64,000 nt of DNA from an uncultured Desulfospira sp. Lineage in GTDB: Bacteria; Desulfobacterota; Desulfobacteria; Desulfobacterales; Desulfobacteraceae. Below the pieces are notes generated by a model. That model worked only from the letters and a program-made list of their open reading frames with translations, had not been told where the DNA came from and did no database searches. The translations under genes and the position numbers were made by a program. Position 1 is the first letter of the stretch; every line of letters begins with the position of its first letter. Shown in pieces: positions 37,756 to 47,216 of this stretch. The DNA is taken from the NCBI GenBank assembly GCA_963663165.1, contig OY760175.1:3872001-3936000 (forward strand). Reading direction: 5' to 3'.

Positions 37756-38976
37756 ATGAATATGACACAAAAAACCCATAAACGAATTCACATGGCCGGA
37801 ATGGTTGCGACCGCCATGGCGGTCATGGTTACCATGATGGGCTGTGCCGCGATCCCCGAACGGTCTCCGGTTCCGGCACAACTGACCACAAAGGTTGAAA
37901 TCCCGGGAATTCCCCATGCCCGTTTCTGGGGGGATGAATGGCCGTCATGGTCAAAACAGGGAATCGAATCCCTTACACCGGAACAGCTGCCCCAATATTT
38001 CCCAGGGGTTTATAACACGCCCCACCATTACCTGGCCATCTCCGGCGGCGGCGCCAACGGGGCTTTCGGGGCAGGACTTCTGGCCGGATGGTCGGCTTCG
38101 GGCACCCGGCCCGAGTTCACCATGGTCACCGGCATCAGCACCGGGGCACTGACCGCCCCCTTTGCCTTTCTGGGTTCAGATTATGATGACACCTTAAAAA
38201 CCATCTATACCACCACATCTACCCAGAATCTGGTCAAAAAGAAAAACGCCCTTTCTGCCCTATTCAGCGACTCCATCGTGGACACGGCGCCTTTAAAGGC
38301 CATGATCGACAAATATGTGGACGCCAAAATCATTGCTGCCATTGCCAGAGAACACAAAAAAGGGCGGCAGCTGTATATCGGCACCTTTAACCTGGACGCC
38401 GGCCGGTCCGTTATATGGAATATCGGCACCATCGCATCCAGTGACTATCCCGATAAAATCCCATTAATCCATAACATTCTCAGGGCTTCAGCCGCCATTC
38501 CGGTGGCGTTCCCCCCGGTGCTGATCCCGGTTGAGAGCAACGGGGAACAGTTTGACGAACTCCATGTGGATGGCGGAACAGGGTCCCAGGTTTTTGTTTA
38601 TCCGGCCGCCGTAGACTGGAAAAAAATCACTGAAAAATTGAAAGTCAAGGGAACACCCAACGTCTTTGTGATCCGCAACTCTTTTCTGGAACCGGATGTC
38701 AATGGCGTCACCCCCCAGATCGTCCCCATTGCGGCCCGGTCCATATCTTCCCTTATCCGGACCCAGGGAATCGGTGATTGCTACCAGATCTATGCGTTGT
38801 GCCAAAGGGACGGGAACCAGTTTAATCTTGCCTTTATCCCCCCGGATTTCACAGAAGAATCCTCCGAAGGGTTTGATCCGGTTTATATGGGCAAATTATT
38901 TGACCGGGGCTATGAGATGGCCTTAAAGGGATACCCATGGGAAAATGCCCCGGCGGGTTTTATGGTTAATCCGTAA
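37756..38976 (+). CDS. patatin-like phospholipase lipoprotein
   Basis: Lipobox MMGC; SGGGANGAFGAG, GISTG, ASAAIP, HVDGG. Confidence 0.9.
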   Translation: MNMTQKTHKRIHMAGMVATAMAVMVTMMGCAAIPERSPVPAQLTTKVEIPGIPHARFWGDEWPSWSKQGIESLTPEQLPQYFPGVYNTPHHYLAISGGGANGAFGAGLLAGWSASGTRPEFTMVTGISTGALTAPFAFLGSDYDDTLKTIYTTTSTQNLVKKKNALSALFSDSIVDTAPLKAMIDKYVDAKIIAAIAREHKKGRQLYIGTFNLDAGRSVIWNIGTIASSDYPDKIPLIHNILRASAAIPVAFPPVLIPVESNGEQFDELHVDGGTGSQVFVYPAAVDWKKITEKLKVKGTPNVFVIRNSFLEPDVNGVTPQIVPIAARSISSLIRTQGIGDCYQIYALCQRDGNQFNLAFIPPDFTEESSEGFDPVYMGKLFDRGYEMALKGYPWENAPAGFMVNP

Positions 38977-39079
38977 CCAAGGGAGACCGGAAACCGCAGA
39001 CCGGAGGGGGAACCCAGAAATTTAAACCTTCCGGTTTCACGTCTCCGATCTCCTTTCTTCCGGCCTCCATCACATCCCG

Positions 39080-39730
39080 CTAGCCCAGTTTCTTTTGCCC
39101 GTAAGTCTTGAATTTCTCACAGACCACGTCCATTTCTGAATCCGGTAAAATAACGGGTTTGCCGATGCTCAGGGTCTGGTAATAAATCCGGGCCACAAAT
39201 TCGATTTCTTCAGCAGCGGCAAAGGCCGTATCCATGTTTGAGCCCACGGCCAAAAGGCCATGGTTGGCCAGCAGCAGGGCATTGTAATTCCCGATATTCT
39301 CTGACACACTCTGGGCCAGTTCCGGGGTTCCAAAGGTCTCATAGGGGGCAATGGGCACTTTTTTGCCGGCAAAGCCCACCAGGTAGTGAACCGCCGGAAT
39401 TTCCATCCCTAAGCAGGCCATGGTTGTGGCATAGGGAGAGTGGGTGTGTACCACGGCCTGAACATCCTTGCGCTGACGGTATACGGACAGATGAAACTCA
39501 AGTTCACTGGTGGGCTTGAGATCGCCATCCAGAACCTTTCCGTCCAGATCGGTGAGGACCACATCGCCGGGCTGCAGGATTTTATATTCAATGCCGCTGG
39601 GGGTGACGGCCACCCGGCCCGAATTCCGGTCCAGAATGCTCAGATTGCCGCCGGTGCCGGTGGTCAGGCCGGACTCGACCATTTTAACGCCAAAACGGAC
39701 AGTGGTTTCTCGTTCTGCTTCCATCTGCAT
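39080..39730 (-). CDS. fucA: class II aldolase (L-fuculose-phosphate aldolase-like)
   Basis: GTGGNLS, TPSG, PTSE..FH, VVHTHS, LLANHG. Confidence 0.85.
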   Translation of the reverse strand: MQMEAERETTVRFGVKMVESGLTTGTGGNLSILDRNSGRVAVTPSGIEYKILQPGDVVLTDLDGKVLDGDLKPTSELEFHLSVYRQRKDVQAVVHTHSPYATTMACLGMEIPAVHYLVGFAGKKVPIAPYETFGTPELAQSVSENIGNYNALLLANHGLLAVGSNMDTAFAAAEEIEFVARIYYQTLSIGKPVILPDSEMDVVCEKFKTYGQKKLG

Positions 39731-39771
39731 ATAAATACCTCCTTGGGGGGAATAATAATTTAATCTTTTTT

Positions 39772-39807
39772 GTAACTATTCAGCTAATGCTGAAAACTAA
39801 GCAAAAC
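39772..39807 (+). repeat. 36-bp repeat element end
   Basis: GTAACTATTCAGCTAATGCTGAAAACTAAGCAAAAC; exact reverse complement at 55797-55832. Confidence 0.85.
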
Positions 39808-39815
39808 CTGGGTCC

Positions 39816-39923
39816 GTAACTGTTCATCAGTGCTTCATATTTGTTTAGTCAGGACTTCGTAGCATACTTTTGCTATGTGAGAAGGCCTGAATGAGCGAAG
39901 ATGGGGCACTGCTGAACAGTTAC
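39816..39923. repeat. MITE-like element with GTAACTGTTCA terminal inverted repeats
   Basis: GTAACTGTTCATCAGTGC ... GCACTGCTGAACAGTTAC; right end overlaps the TAA stop of the DUF169 gene. Confidence 0.7.
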
Positions 39924-40693
39924 CCTTTTTTGAATACAATCAGCGGACAGTTCTTGCAGATATCTGCGCCGGGGAACCCGTCCCCCGGGCGGGTAATGGC
40001 ACCGCTGCCGTATTCTTCCTTTCGTCTTAGAAGCTGTTCTACCATTGGGCCAAGATGTTTTTCCGGCAGGATAAAATTAATCTCGCCCCGTTCGGTCTTG
40101 CCGGCATTGTAAGACCCTGAACAGGCCGGCAGCATGTTGGCCATCTGTTCGTTATAGGCATAGACATTGCCGCAGCAGGCCGACGAATTGACCGTTATGT
40201 TGGACCGCATGGGGATAATGTCGGTTGCCGCCATCCAGTCCACGGCAAGGTGGTAGGCCTGCATGGTATCGCAGTAAAAATGAATGGTGTCGGCGGTAAA
40301 TCTGGCATCGCCAAGGGGGGCCACGGCAACGCCCATAAGGCCGGGTTTAAGGCGCGGCTTTGCCTCAACCGCTTTTTTGGCCTGGGCCTTGTCCTTGACA
40401 TATTTCAAGTGGCTTTTGATTTCTCCGTCATCGAGTTCTTTCCAGCCAAACCCGTACATGGCATTGGAGCATCCAAGCCCCGCTTTATCGGCAAAAACAA
40501 CCTGCCCCTTCATGCGGGCGGCTATTTCCCACTGGCAAAAGGTCATGGGTTTTACAGGGGTATAGAATTCGTGTGCCTGTTTAAATTCATCAATCTCCTC
40601 CTGATCAAAAAAGAATTTAACCGCCACCGGAAAATGGTATAGCCGCAATTCTGCCATGAGGGTGTGTTGTATTTCTTTGTATGAGAGTGTCAT
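39920..40693 (-). CDS. DUF169-family protein
   Basis: PVAVKF, FCQ...AR, GCSNA..FG, SSACCG, ACSGSYNAG. Confidence 0.75.
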   Translation of the reverse strand: MTLSYKEIQHTLMAELRLYHFPVAVKFFFDQEEIDEFKQAHEFYTPVKPMTFCQWEIAARMKGQVVFADKAGLGCSNAMYGFGWKELDDGEIKSHLKYVKDKAQAKKAVEAKPRLKPGLMGVAVAPLGDARFTADTIHFYCDTMQAYHLAVDWMAATDIIPMRSNITVNSSACCGNVYAYNEQMANMLPACSGSYNAGKTERGEINFILPEKHLGPMVEQLLRRKEEYGSGAITRPGDGFPGADICKNCPLIVFKKG

Positions 40694-40968
40694 AACATCT
40701 CCTTTATTATGCATTCAGCTTTAAACCGGGTCCGCCCCGGATAATCGCACCGCTCATGGTAAAATATTTTCCCTAAAGACAAAAGTCTATTTAAAAAATG
40801 GAAACCGGAGACCGGAAACGGGAGACCGGATATTGCGACCTTTTCAGGTATACGCATTCCGGTCTGCGGTCTCCCGCTTCCGGTCTTCATTTAAAATTCT
40901 AATATCAATCCAAAAACATATTTGATTTTTCGTTTTGACAAGAAAAAACCTGTTTTTATAATTGTCAA

Positions 40969-41802
40969 ATGATGTGCTTCAACTCCCCAAAAATTGAAAT
41001 CCAGTCCATCCTTGAAAAGGGAACCGCCATCGCCAATGAAGACTGCCTGGTGATCCAGGACAATATCTTCGGTGTCTTTGACGGGGCCACCAGCCTGGAC
41101 AAACAAACATTCGGCCAGGGTGAGACCGGGGGAAAAATCGCCTCAGCCACGGCCCGGTCGGTGTTCCGGCAGAACCATTTTCCCCTTGCCCGGCTCGCCC
41201 GTCAGGCCAACCGGGAAATCAGGGAACAGATGATCCTCAACGGGGTGGATATTTCCAGAAAGGAAAATCTCTGGAGTACCAGCGCGGCGGTGGTCCGGAT
41301 CACTGAGGAGGGCATGGAATGGGTCCAGACCGGGGATGCCATGATCCTGCTGGTTTATGACAACGGCGGTCACAAGGTGCTGGTAGACAGACAGGACCAT
41401 GATTTTGAGACCCTGACCCTGTGGAAAGAACTGGTCAGAACCCAGATCAAACCGGACCCTAAAACCCTGGCCCCCCAGATCCGGAAGGTCCGGCTCGGGA
41501 TGAACCAGACCTATGGGGTCCTTAACGGGGAAAAAGAGGCGGAAACATTCCTTAACCAGGGAACCCAGCGTCTGGACAATGTCCGGCACATCCTGCTGTT
41601 CACGGACGGTCTGTCCATCCCCTGTGAAGATGTTACCCTCCATAAAAATTATGCGCCCCTGGTTAAGGCGTTCCTTTCCCTTGGCCTTGAAGGGATGAAG
41701 GATCAGATTAGAAAAACAGAACAAAAAGACCCCCGCTGCATGGCCTTTCCCCGGTTTAAATGCCATGACGATATTGCGGCTATTGCCTTGACCTTTTCAT
41801 AA
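40969..41802 (+). CDS. PP2C-like phosphatase domain protein
   Basis: NED, GVFDGAT, QTGDA, LLFTDGL, PRFK.HDDIAAI. Confidence 0.82.
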   Translation: MMCFNSPKIEIQSILEKGTAIANEDCLVIQDNIFGVFDGATSLDKQTFGQGETGGKIASATARSVFRQNHFPLARLARQANREIREQMILNGVDISRKENLWSTSAAVVRITEEGMEWVQTGDAMILLVYDNGGHKVLVDRQDHDFETLTLWKELVRTQIKPDPKTLAPQIRKVRLGMNQTYGVLNGEKEAETFLNQGTQRLDNVRHILLFTDGLSIPCEDVTLHKNYAPLVKAFLSLGLEGMKDQIRKTEQKDPRCMAFPRFKCHDDIAAIALTFS

Positions 41803-43015
41803 TAGCCCCATACGCTCTTTCCATACGCGAAAACACATTTTCCCAGGTGCAGGACCGGATAATGTCATCCAGGCCGGAAAAATCCGGCTGCCGATCGGCC
41901 AATACTTTATGGATACTGTGGCCCAGGGCCTTTGCCAGGTCGTCTTCAAGGCCGGGCAGGTCTGATTCAAAGGGGGTATCAACGGTTTGAAGGGGCGGCA
42001 GGTCCAGAAGATCCACCATATCCGATTGAACATCCCCCAAAATTTCCCGGGTCCCGGGAAGAGCCGTGGTCAGAATCCGGCAGCCCGAGGACAACGCCTC
42101 CATAAGCACCAGGGGCAGTCCCTCAAAAAAAGAGGGAAGGACAAACAGATGGGATTGCCGCATCAATTGTGAAAGCGTTTCATGGGACAGGGGACCGTGG
42201 ACCACCACCTGATCCCCCAGGGATTGGGCCAGTTCCAGGCACTCGTCTTTTTCCCGGCCGGAACCGGAACCGGCCAGGTGGAGCCGAAAGTTTTGGACCG
42301 AAAGCTTTTTAAGAGACCGCAGCAGCCAGACAACCCCTTTGGACCGGCTCAGTTTTCCGGCATAGACCATTTCCACCGGGCCTTCCAACGGTTTGGGCCC
42401 TGGATAAAACAGATCCTTTTCAAACCCCGCCCCCACCACATGAAGGTTGTCAGGCAACACCCCGTGAGCCTTCCTGACCTCATCTTTCTGGTGCCGGCTC
42501 AAGCAGAGGATCCCATCCATCTGCCTGACCCACGGCCCCATCTGAGAGCCCATCAAGGGACAAAGGGAGGCCTGGCGCAAACAGGTGCCGTGGCAGGAGG
42601 TGACCATGGGAAGGTCTGAGCAGACTTTCCGGGCGATTTTTGAGACAATCCACAGGTGGTGGGAATGAACGATGTCCGGGGAAAACCGGTCTTTCGCCCA
42701 TTGGACAGCCTTTTCAAAGGCGGCCTCATATTGGCTGATCTGTTCGGGCCCCATTGAGGAAAACACCGTACTCGGGTAAGGCATGACATCGCTCATGCCC
42801 GGCAGCCTGAAATCCAGATCCCCGCCGCCGTTAAACCGGACAAACCGGGTCTGATCTGCCGGCACCAGAGCAGGATCAAAGTAAAAATCATCCTGGATCC
42901 CGGCCACCAGAAAATTGTCATGCCCTTTTGCCCGGGCCTGCCGGATAATGGCCTGGATGGTTTTTCCCGATCCCGTAAAATCGGGCATCTGGCTGAGGAT
43001 GTGGAGAATCTTCAA
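41780..43015 (-). CDS. glycosyltransferase family 4 (GT-B)
   Basis: TGSG, HSHHLW, YAGKL.R.KG, FVLPSFFEGLPLVLMEA. Confidence 0.88.
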   Translation of the reverse strand: MKILHILSQMPDFTGSGKTIQAIIRQARAKGHDNFLVAGIQDDFYFDPALVPADQTRFVRFNGGGDLDFRLPGMSDVMPYPSTVFSSMGPEQISQYEAAFEKAVQWAKDRFSPDIVHSHHLWIVSKIARKVCSDLPMVTSCHGTCLRQASLCPLMGSQMGPWVRQMDGILCLSRHQKDEVRKAHGVLPDNLHVVGAGFEKDLFYPGPKPLEGPVEMVYAGKLSRSKGVVWLLRSLKKLSVQNFRLHLAGSGSGREKDECLELAQSLGDQVVVHGPLSHETLSQLMRQSHLFVLPSFFEGLPLVLMEALSSGCRILTTALPGTREILGDVQSDMVDLLDLPPLQTVDTPFESDLPGLEDDLAKALGHSIHKVLADRQPDFSGLDDIIRSCTWENVFSRMERAYGAIMKRSRQ

Positions 43016-43734
43016 CTGGCCCTGGTTTCCTGTTCAAGGGGGGTTAATTTCCGGTTGCTCAAGACAAACTGCTGATCGGCAATCCGCCTTACCTGGTCCA
43101 TATAATGGGAAACCATGATAATGGTACACCGGGTTTTCAAATCTCCAAGCAGGTCTTCAATAACCTGAACCGAGGTTTCGTCAAGGGAGGAAGTGGGCTC
43201 ATCCAGCAGCAGGACCTGGGGCTCCAGGATCAGGGCCCTGGCCAGGCAGAGCCGCTGCTGTTGGCCGCCGGACAACAGGCGTGCATCATCGGTGAGCCGG
43301 TCCTTGACCTCGTTCCACAGGTATGCCCTTTTAAGGGCCTGCTCTACCTTGGCTTTAATGGTCTCTTTGTTTTTTTCGCCGGCCAGTTTAAGGGGAAACG
43401 CGATGTTTTTATAGATGCTCACAGGCAGGGGGTTGGGGGTTTGGAACACCATGCCCACCTTTTTCCTGAGCCGGGGAAGGGAATAATCTTTTTGAAAGAT
43501 ATCCTCAAACCCGCTGCCGAAATCCATCTGGACCTGCCCCTTTACCCTGGCGCCTTCCATGCTGTGGCACAGCCGGTTCAGTATGGTTAAAAAAGAGGAT
43601 TTGCCCTGTCCTGAAGGCCCGGTGATGGAGGTGATGGTGTGCTCATGAATATCAATATCAATGTCTTCTAAAACGGCCCGGGCCTTATAGTAGAACCAGA
43701 GCTGCCGGACTTTAATTTTAACCGGGTTTCCCAT
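43012..43734 (-). CDS. pstB: phosphate ABC transporter ATP-binding protein
   Basis: GPSGQGKS, LRKKVGMVFQ.PNP.P.SIY.N, LW.EVKDRL, LSGGQQQRLC. Confidence 0.92.
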   Translation of the reverse strand: MGNPVKIKVRQLWFYYKARAVLEDIDIDIHEHTITSITGPSGQGKSSFLTILNRLCHSMEGARVKGQVQMDFGSGFEDIFQKDYSLPRLRKKVGMVFQTPNPLPVSIYKNIAFPLKLAGEKNKETIKAKVEQALKRAYLWNEVKDRLTDDARLLSGGQQQRLCLARALILEPQVLLLDEPTSSLDETSVQVIEDLLGDLKTRCTIIMVSHYMDQVRRIADQQFVLSNRKLTPLEQETRAS

Positions 43735-43743
43735 GGGGTATAT

Positions 43744-44625
43744 TTACATGAATCCTGTCTGGTGATCAATTCGGATCTTGATTAAATGGGCAATGACAAA
43801 CAAAACAGAACAGATCAGCAGCAGGATAAGGGCAGCCCCGTATCCTTTCATCAGCTCCGAGGGATCTGAATATTCCGATGCCATATAGTAAATGTAGAAC
43901 GGCAGGGCCTCAAAACTTGAAAACACGGATTTGGGGACACCGGCCGTGGCCACCACACCGGTGAGCATGATCACCGCCGTATCTTCGGCACACCGGCCAA
44001 TGGCCAGCACCACCCCGGAAACCATATCGGAAAGGGCCATGGGAACCAGAACCAGGAAGATGTTCTGAAGCTTGGACGCCCCTAAACCCGGCGCGGTAAG
44101 CCGGGTTAAAAGGGGGAGGTCTTCAATGGCGCCCTGGGTGGTCTTGATAATATAGGGCAGGACCAGAAACGCCAGGGACAAGGCGGAAATCAGCAGGCAC
44201 GGAAAAATCCGGCTGTTGTAGAAATGGTGCAGAAAAATGGTGATGGAAAACCCGAACAGCCCCACCACAATAGAGGGGATTCCGGCCAGCAGGTCCACCA
44301 TAAAGCCGAACAGTTTTTTGGGGCCTGACGGTGCGTATTCGGCCAGATAAATTCCGGCACAAACACCTAATGGCAATGCGATCCCCACGGAAAGCAGGAC
44401 CAGTAAAAAAGTACCGGCCATGGCCGGGAACAGGCCGCCAAACACCTGTTTTCGGAGCAGGATAGCGTCCAGGGGGCGGGTATGGCCGAAAATCAACCCG
44501 CTGTTCAGGGTTGATGCCCCCTTCAAGATCAAAAAACCGATAATGCAGGCCACCCCGGCCACCAGGGTCACGGTGCAGGCCCATGAAAAGACCGACAACA
44601 GCCTGTCCGGAGTTCGGCCCGGCAT
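43744..44625 (-). CDS. pstA: phosphate ABC transporter permease
   Basis: GIYLAEYA, LAGIPSIVVGLFG, LAIGR..EDTA. Confidence 0.88.
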   Translation of the reverse strand: MPGRTPDRLLSVFSWACTVTLVAGVACIIGFLILKGASTLNSGLIFGHTRPLDAILLRKQVFGGLFPAMAGTFLLVLLSVGIALPLGVCAGIYLAEYAPSGPKKLFGFMVDLLAGIPSIVVGLFGFSITIFLHHFYNSRIFPCLLISALSLAFLVLPYIIKTTQGAIEDLPLLTRLTAPGLGASKLQNIFLVLVPMALSDMVSGVVLAIGRCAEDTAVIMLTGVVATAGVPKSVFSSFEALPFYIYYMASEYSDPSELMKGYGAALILLLICSVLFVIAHLIKIRIDHQTGFM

Positions 44626-45473
44626 TATAAGGCCCTCCGGTCGGAAAGCCGGGCGGCCAGGATTCCCAGGGCCGTCATCACATAAAGGACAGTGCCGCTA
44701 AGAAAAATGGTTCTAAACTCAACACTGTCAAAATCCGCGGCAATGACCATGGCAATATGAGCGGTCAGGGTTCTGGCCGAATCCAGAATCGAAGCGGGCA
44801 GCATGACGCTGTTTCCGCTGAGCATTAACGCCACCAGGGTATCCCCCATGGCCCGGCCGAACGCCAGGACCAGGCCGGTCAGAACCCCTGGCCATGCCCG
44901 GGGAAGGATCACGTAAAACAGCCTTTGGAAAGGGGTTGCCCCCAGGGCATCCGCGGCATCGGTGTATGTTTTGGGCACCCGGGCAAAGCTCTGAGAAAAA
45001 AACAGGATCATGGTCGGGGAAATGAGCAGGGCCAGCATAATGGACGCCGATAAAATGCTCATGCCCGACCCGCGGGAAAACAGATTGCGGACCAGGGGGA
45101 CCAGCAAAAACACCCCCACAAACCCGTAGATAACCGTGGGGATGGCGGTCATGAACTGAACAATTTTTTTCAACCATTGGCCCGGCCTGCCCGGGCGGGT
45201 CACCTGGATGAAAAATGAGCAGCCAAGGCTTAAGGGGAACCCGATCACAAGGCTTAAGGATGCGATATAAAAGGTTCCTGCAATCATGGGCAGAATACCG
45301 AACTTGCCGTGGTCAGGAGACCAGGACTGGGTCAGAATCTCCCAGATCATGCCGCTTTGGAGTACAGGCAGGCTCAAAATGACCATGAACCCGAGGACAC
45401 AGAAGGTGGCTGCGGCACATAAAAAAGATGCACCGGCGAAAACCGCCGGTGCCAGTTTTTCTTTTAGCGGCAT
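44625..45473 (-). CDS. pstC: phosphate ABC transporter permease
   Basis: FGILPMIAGT, AIPTVIYGF, ALGAT, GRAMGDT, GN, TLTAHIA. Confidence 0.9.
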   Translation of the reverse strand: MPLKEKLAPAVFAGASFLCAAATFCVLGFMVILSLPVLQSGMIWEILTQSWSPDHGKFGILPMIAGTFYIASLSLVIGFPLSLGCSFFIQVTRPGRPGQWLKKIVQFMTAIPTVIYGFVGVFLLVPLVRNLFSRGSGMSILSASIMLALLISPTMILFFSQSFARVPKTYTDAADALGATPFQRLFYVILPRAWPGVLTGLVLAFGRAMGDTLVALMLSGNSVMLPASILDSARTLTAHIAMVIAADFDSVEFRTIFLSGTVLYVMTALGILAARLSDRRAL

Positions 45474-46309
45474 CAGTTAACCGGGATAAATCCCTTTTCG
45501 GAAACGATTTTCTGGCCCTGGGGACTTAGCAGAAAAGCGATCAGTTTTTTGGCAAGGCCTGTATATTCGCCTTTGGTATTGCTGTAAAGCCCTCTGGCCA
45601 CCTTGTATTCTCCGGACTGTACGGTCCTGATGGTCGGGGCAACCCCGTCCAGGGCAACCGGTGAAACAGATGAATCCATATATCCCACAGAGACATATCC
45701 AATGGCATAGGGGTTATTGGTCACAGCCGACTTCATGGCCCCGTTGGATGCCACAAAATTGGCTTTCTCGGAGATATCCCCCTTTTGCAGGGCTTTTTTC
45801 CAGAATACGTCCCGGGTCCCGGAGGATTTGTCCCTTGTGTAGATATTGATGGGCCGGTCCTCGCCGCCAAGCTCTTTCCAGTTGACGATCTTTCCGGCAT
45901 AAATATTCTGAAGCTGTGCCGTAGACAGCATCGTGACCGGATTTGACGGATGGACAACCACACCAACACCGTCAATGGCCCATTTGTACAGGGAAAGATT
46001 GTATTTGGCGATCTCCTCATCCGTGGGTTTCCGGCCGGAGTTGCCGATATCCACCAGGCCTTCTCCCACCTGTTTAATCCCGGCCCCGGACCCGCCACCG
46101 GCAATGGTGATCTGGATATCCGGATTAATTTCCATGATCAGCTTTGCCGCTTCTTTCATCACCGGGATATGGGCGGTTCCACCGGCAACCCTCACGATCC
46201 CGTTTTCACCCTTAAAAGCATCAAGCCCTGATGCAAAGCAGGTTCCAGCGGCTAACGCCGCAACCAAAAACACCACCAACACACTGTAAATCTGGACACA
46301 TCTTTTCAC
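45473..46309 (-). CDS. pstS: phosphate ABC transporter substrate-binding protein
   Basis: Signal peptide; GGGSGAGI, DIGNSGR, AIDG, RDKSSGTR, IGYVS. Confidence 0.9.
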   Translation of the reverse strand: MKRCVQIYSVLVVFLVAALAAGTCFASGLDAFKGENGIVRVAGGTAHIPVMKEAAKLIMEINPDIQITIAGGGSGAGIKQVGEGLVDIGNSGRKPTDEEIAKYNLSLYKWAIDGVGVVVHPSNPVTMLSTAQLQNIYAGKIVNWKELGGEDRPINIYTRDKSSGTRDVFWKKALQKGDISEKANFVASNGAMKSAVTNNPYAIGYVSVGYMDSSVSPVALDGVAPTIRTVQSGEYKVARGLYSNTKGEYTGLAKKLIAFLLSPQGQKIVSEKGFIPVN

Positions 46310-46576
46310 AATCTTTCCTCCTTGGTTACAAATAATCTTTATTTGCCATCCATCGCCAACTTTGCCGAAAAGCCTTCATCCATACTGTTTTTTAAATTTC
46401 AAATATTGGGGGTCATTCCATATAGTTAATTCCAAAGGGGCATCTATTTCAAATTGATTACACTAATTAAGACCCGGATACAAATTGGATATCCCAATGA
46501 GTTGTGTAACGATCCGGCCAGTGCTGAATCGTTACGCTTTAAACCCATTTCCCACGGCCGGTGTCGCCGCTGTCGT

Positions 46577-47188
46577 TTATGTTGCGCTTCCAGCCAGACC
46601 GATGATGGCTTTTGACGTATACTCCCCCACATCGGCCAGGCCGTCCACGGGCAGGAACAACCCGGCGTTATTGGAATACAAGCAGGTGGCCGATGCCGGA
46701 AAATCTTCGTCGGCTTCGTAAAAGATATAACACAGGGCCACCTTGGGCAGGGGCCGGACCAGCATGGCAAAATCGCCGCCGGCGCCTTTGGGGGATATTT
46801 CCCCGTCAAGGGTTTCCACTATGGCGGGCATGGCGGCCTTAATTTTCTCAACATGGGGAACCAGCACCTGCTCGGTGTGGGTCACAAAAGCCCCGGTATA
46901 GGGCATGGAATCGGGAATTTCTTTAAACGCTTTGAAAGGCTCAAGGATACAGGCATCGGGAGCCGCATTCAGGGCATAAAGGGAGACCAGTATCCCCAAT
47001 ATGGGTGCCACAGCCTCGCCGCCGAGCAGGATCTGTCCCGGGCCGATTTCACACGTCTCTCCAAAGGCTTTAAAAAAGAACCGGTCCCCCTCCCTGGTGG
47101 CGCCCATGTTCGCTTCAAGGGTATCCGGCAGGTCCTGGTAAAGTTTTGCCAGGTTATTTTCAACAAGCTTCATGTAGTTATCGGTCAT
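46577..47188 (-). CDS. DUF3786-like protein
   Basis: FKEIPDSMPY.GAF..HTE, GD....RPLPKV....Y.ADEDFPA.ATCL, D.LADV. Confidence 0.72.
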   Translation of the reverse strand: MTDNYMKLVENNLAKLYQDLPDTLEANMGATREGDRFFFKAFGETCEIGPGQILLGGEAVAPILGILVSLYALNAAPDACILEPFKAFKEIPDSMPYTGAFVTHTEQVLVPHVEKIKAAMPAIVETLDGEISPKGAGGDFAMLVRPLPKVALCYIFYEADEDFPASATCLYSNNAGLFLPVDGLADVGEYTSKAIIGLAGSAT

Positions 47189-47216
47189 GGTCTTTATATC
47201 CCAACGTTAAACGGTT

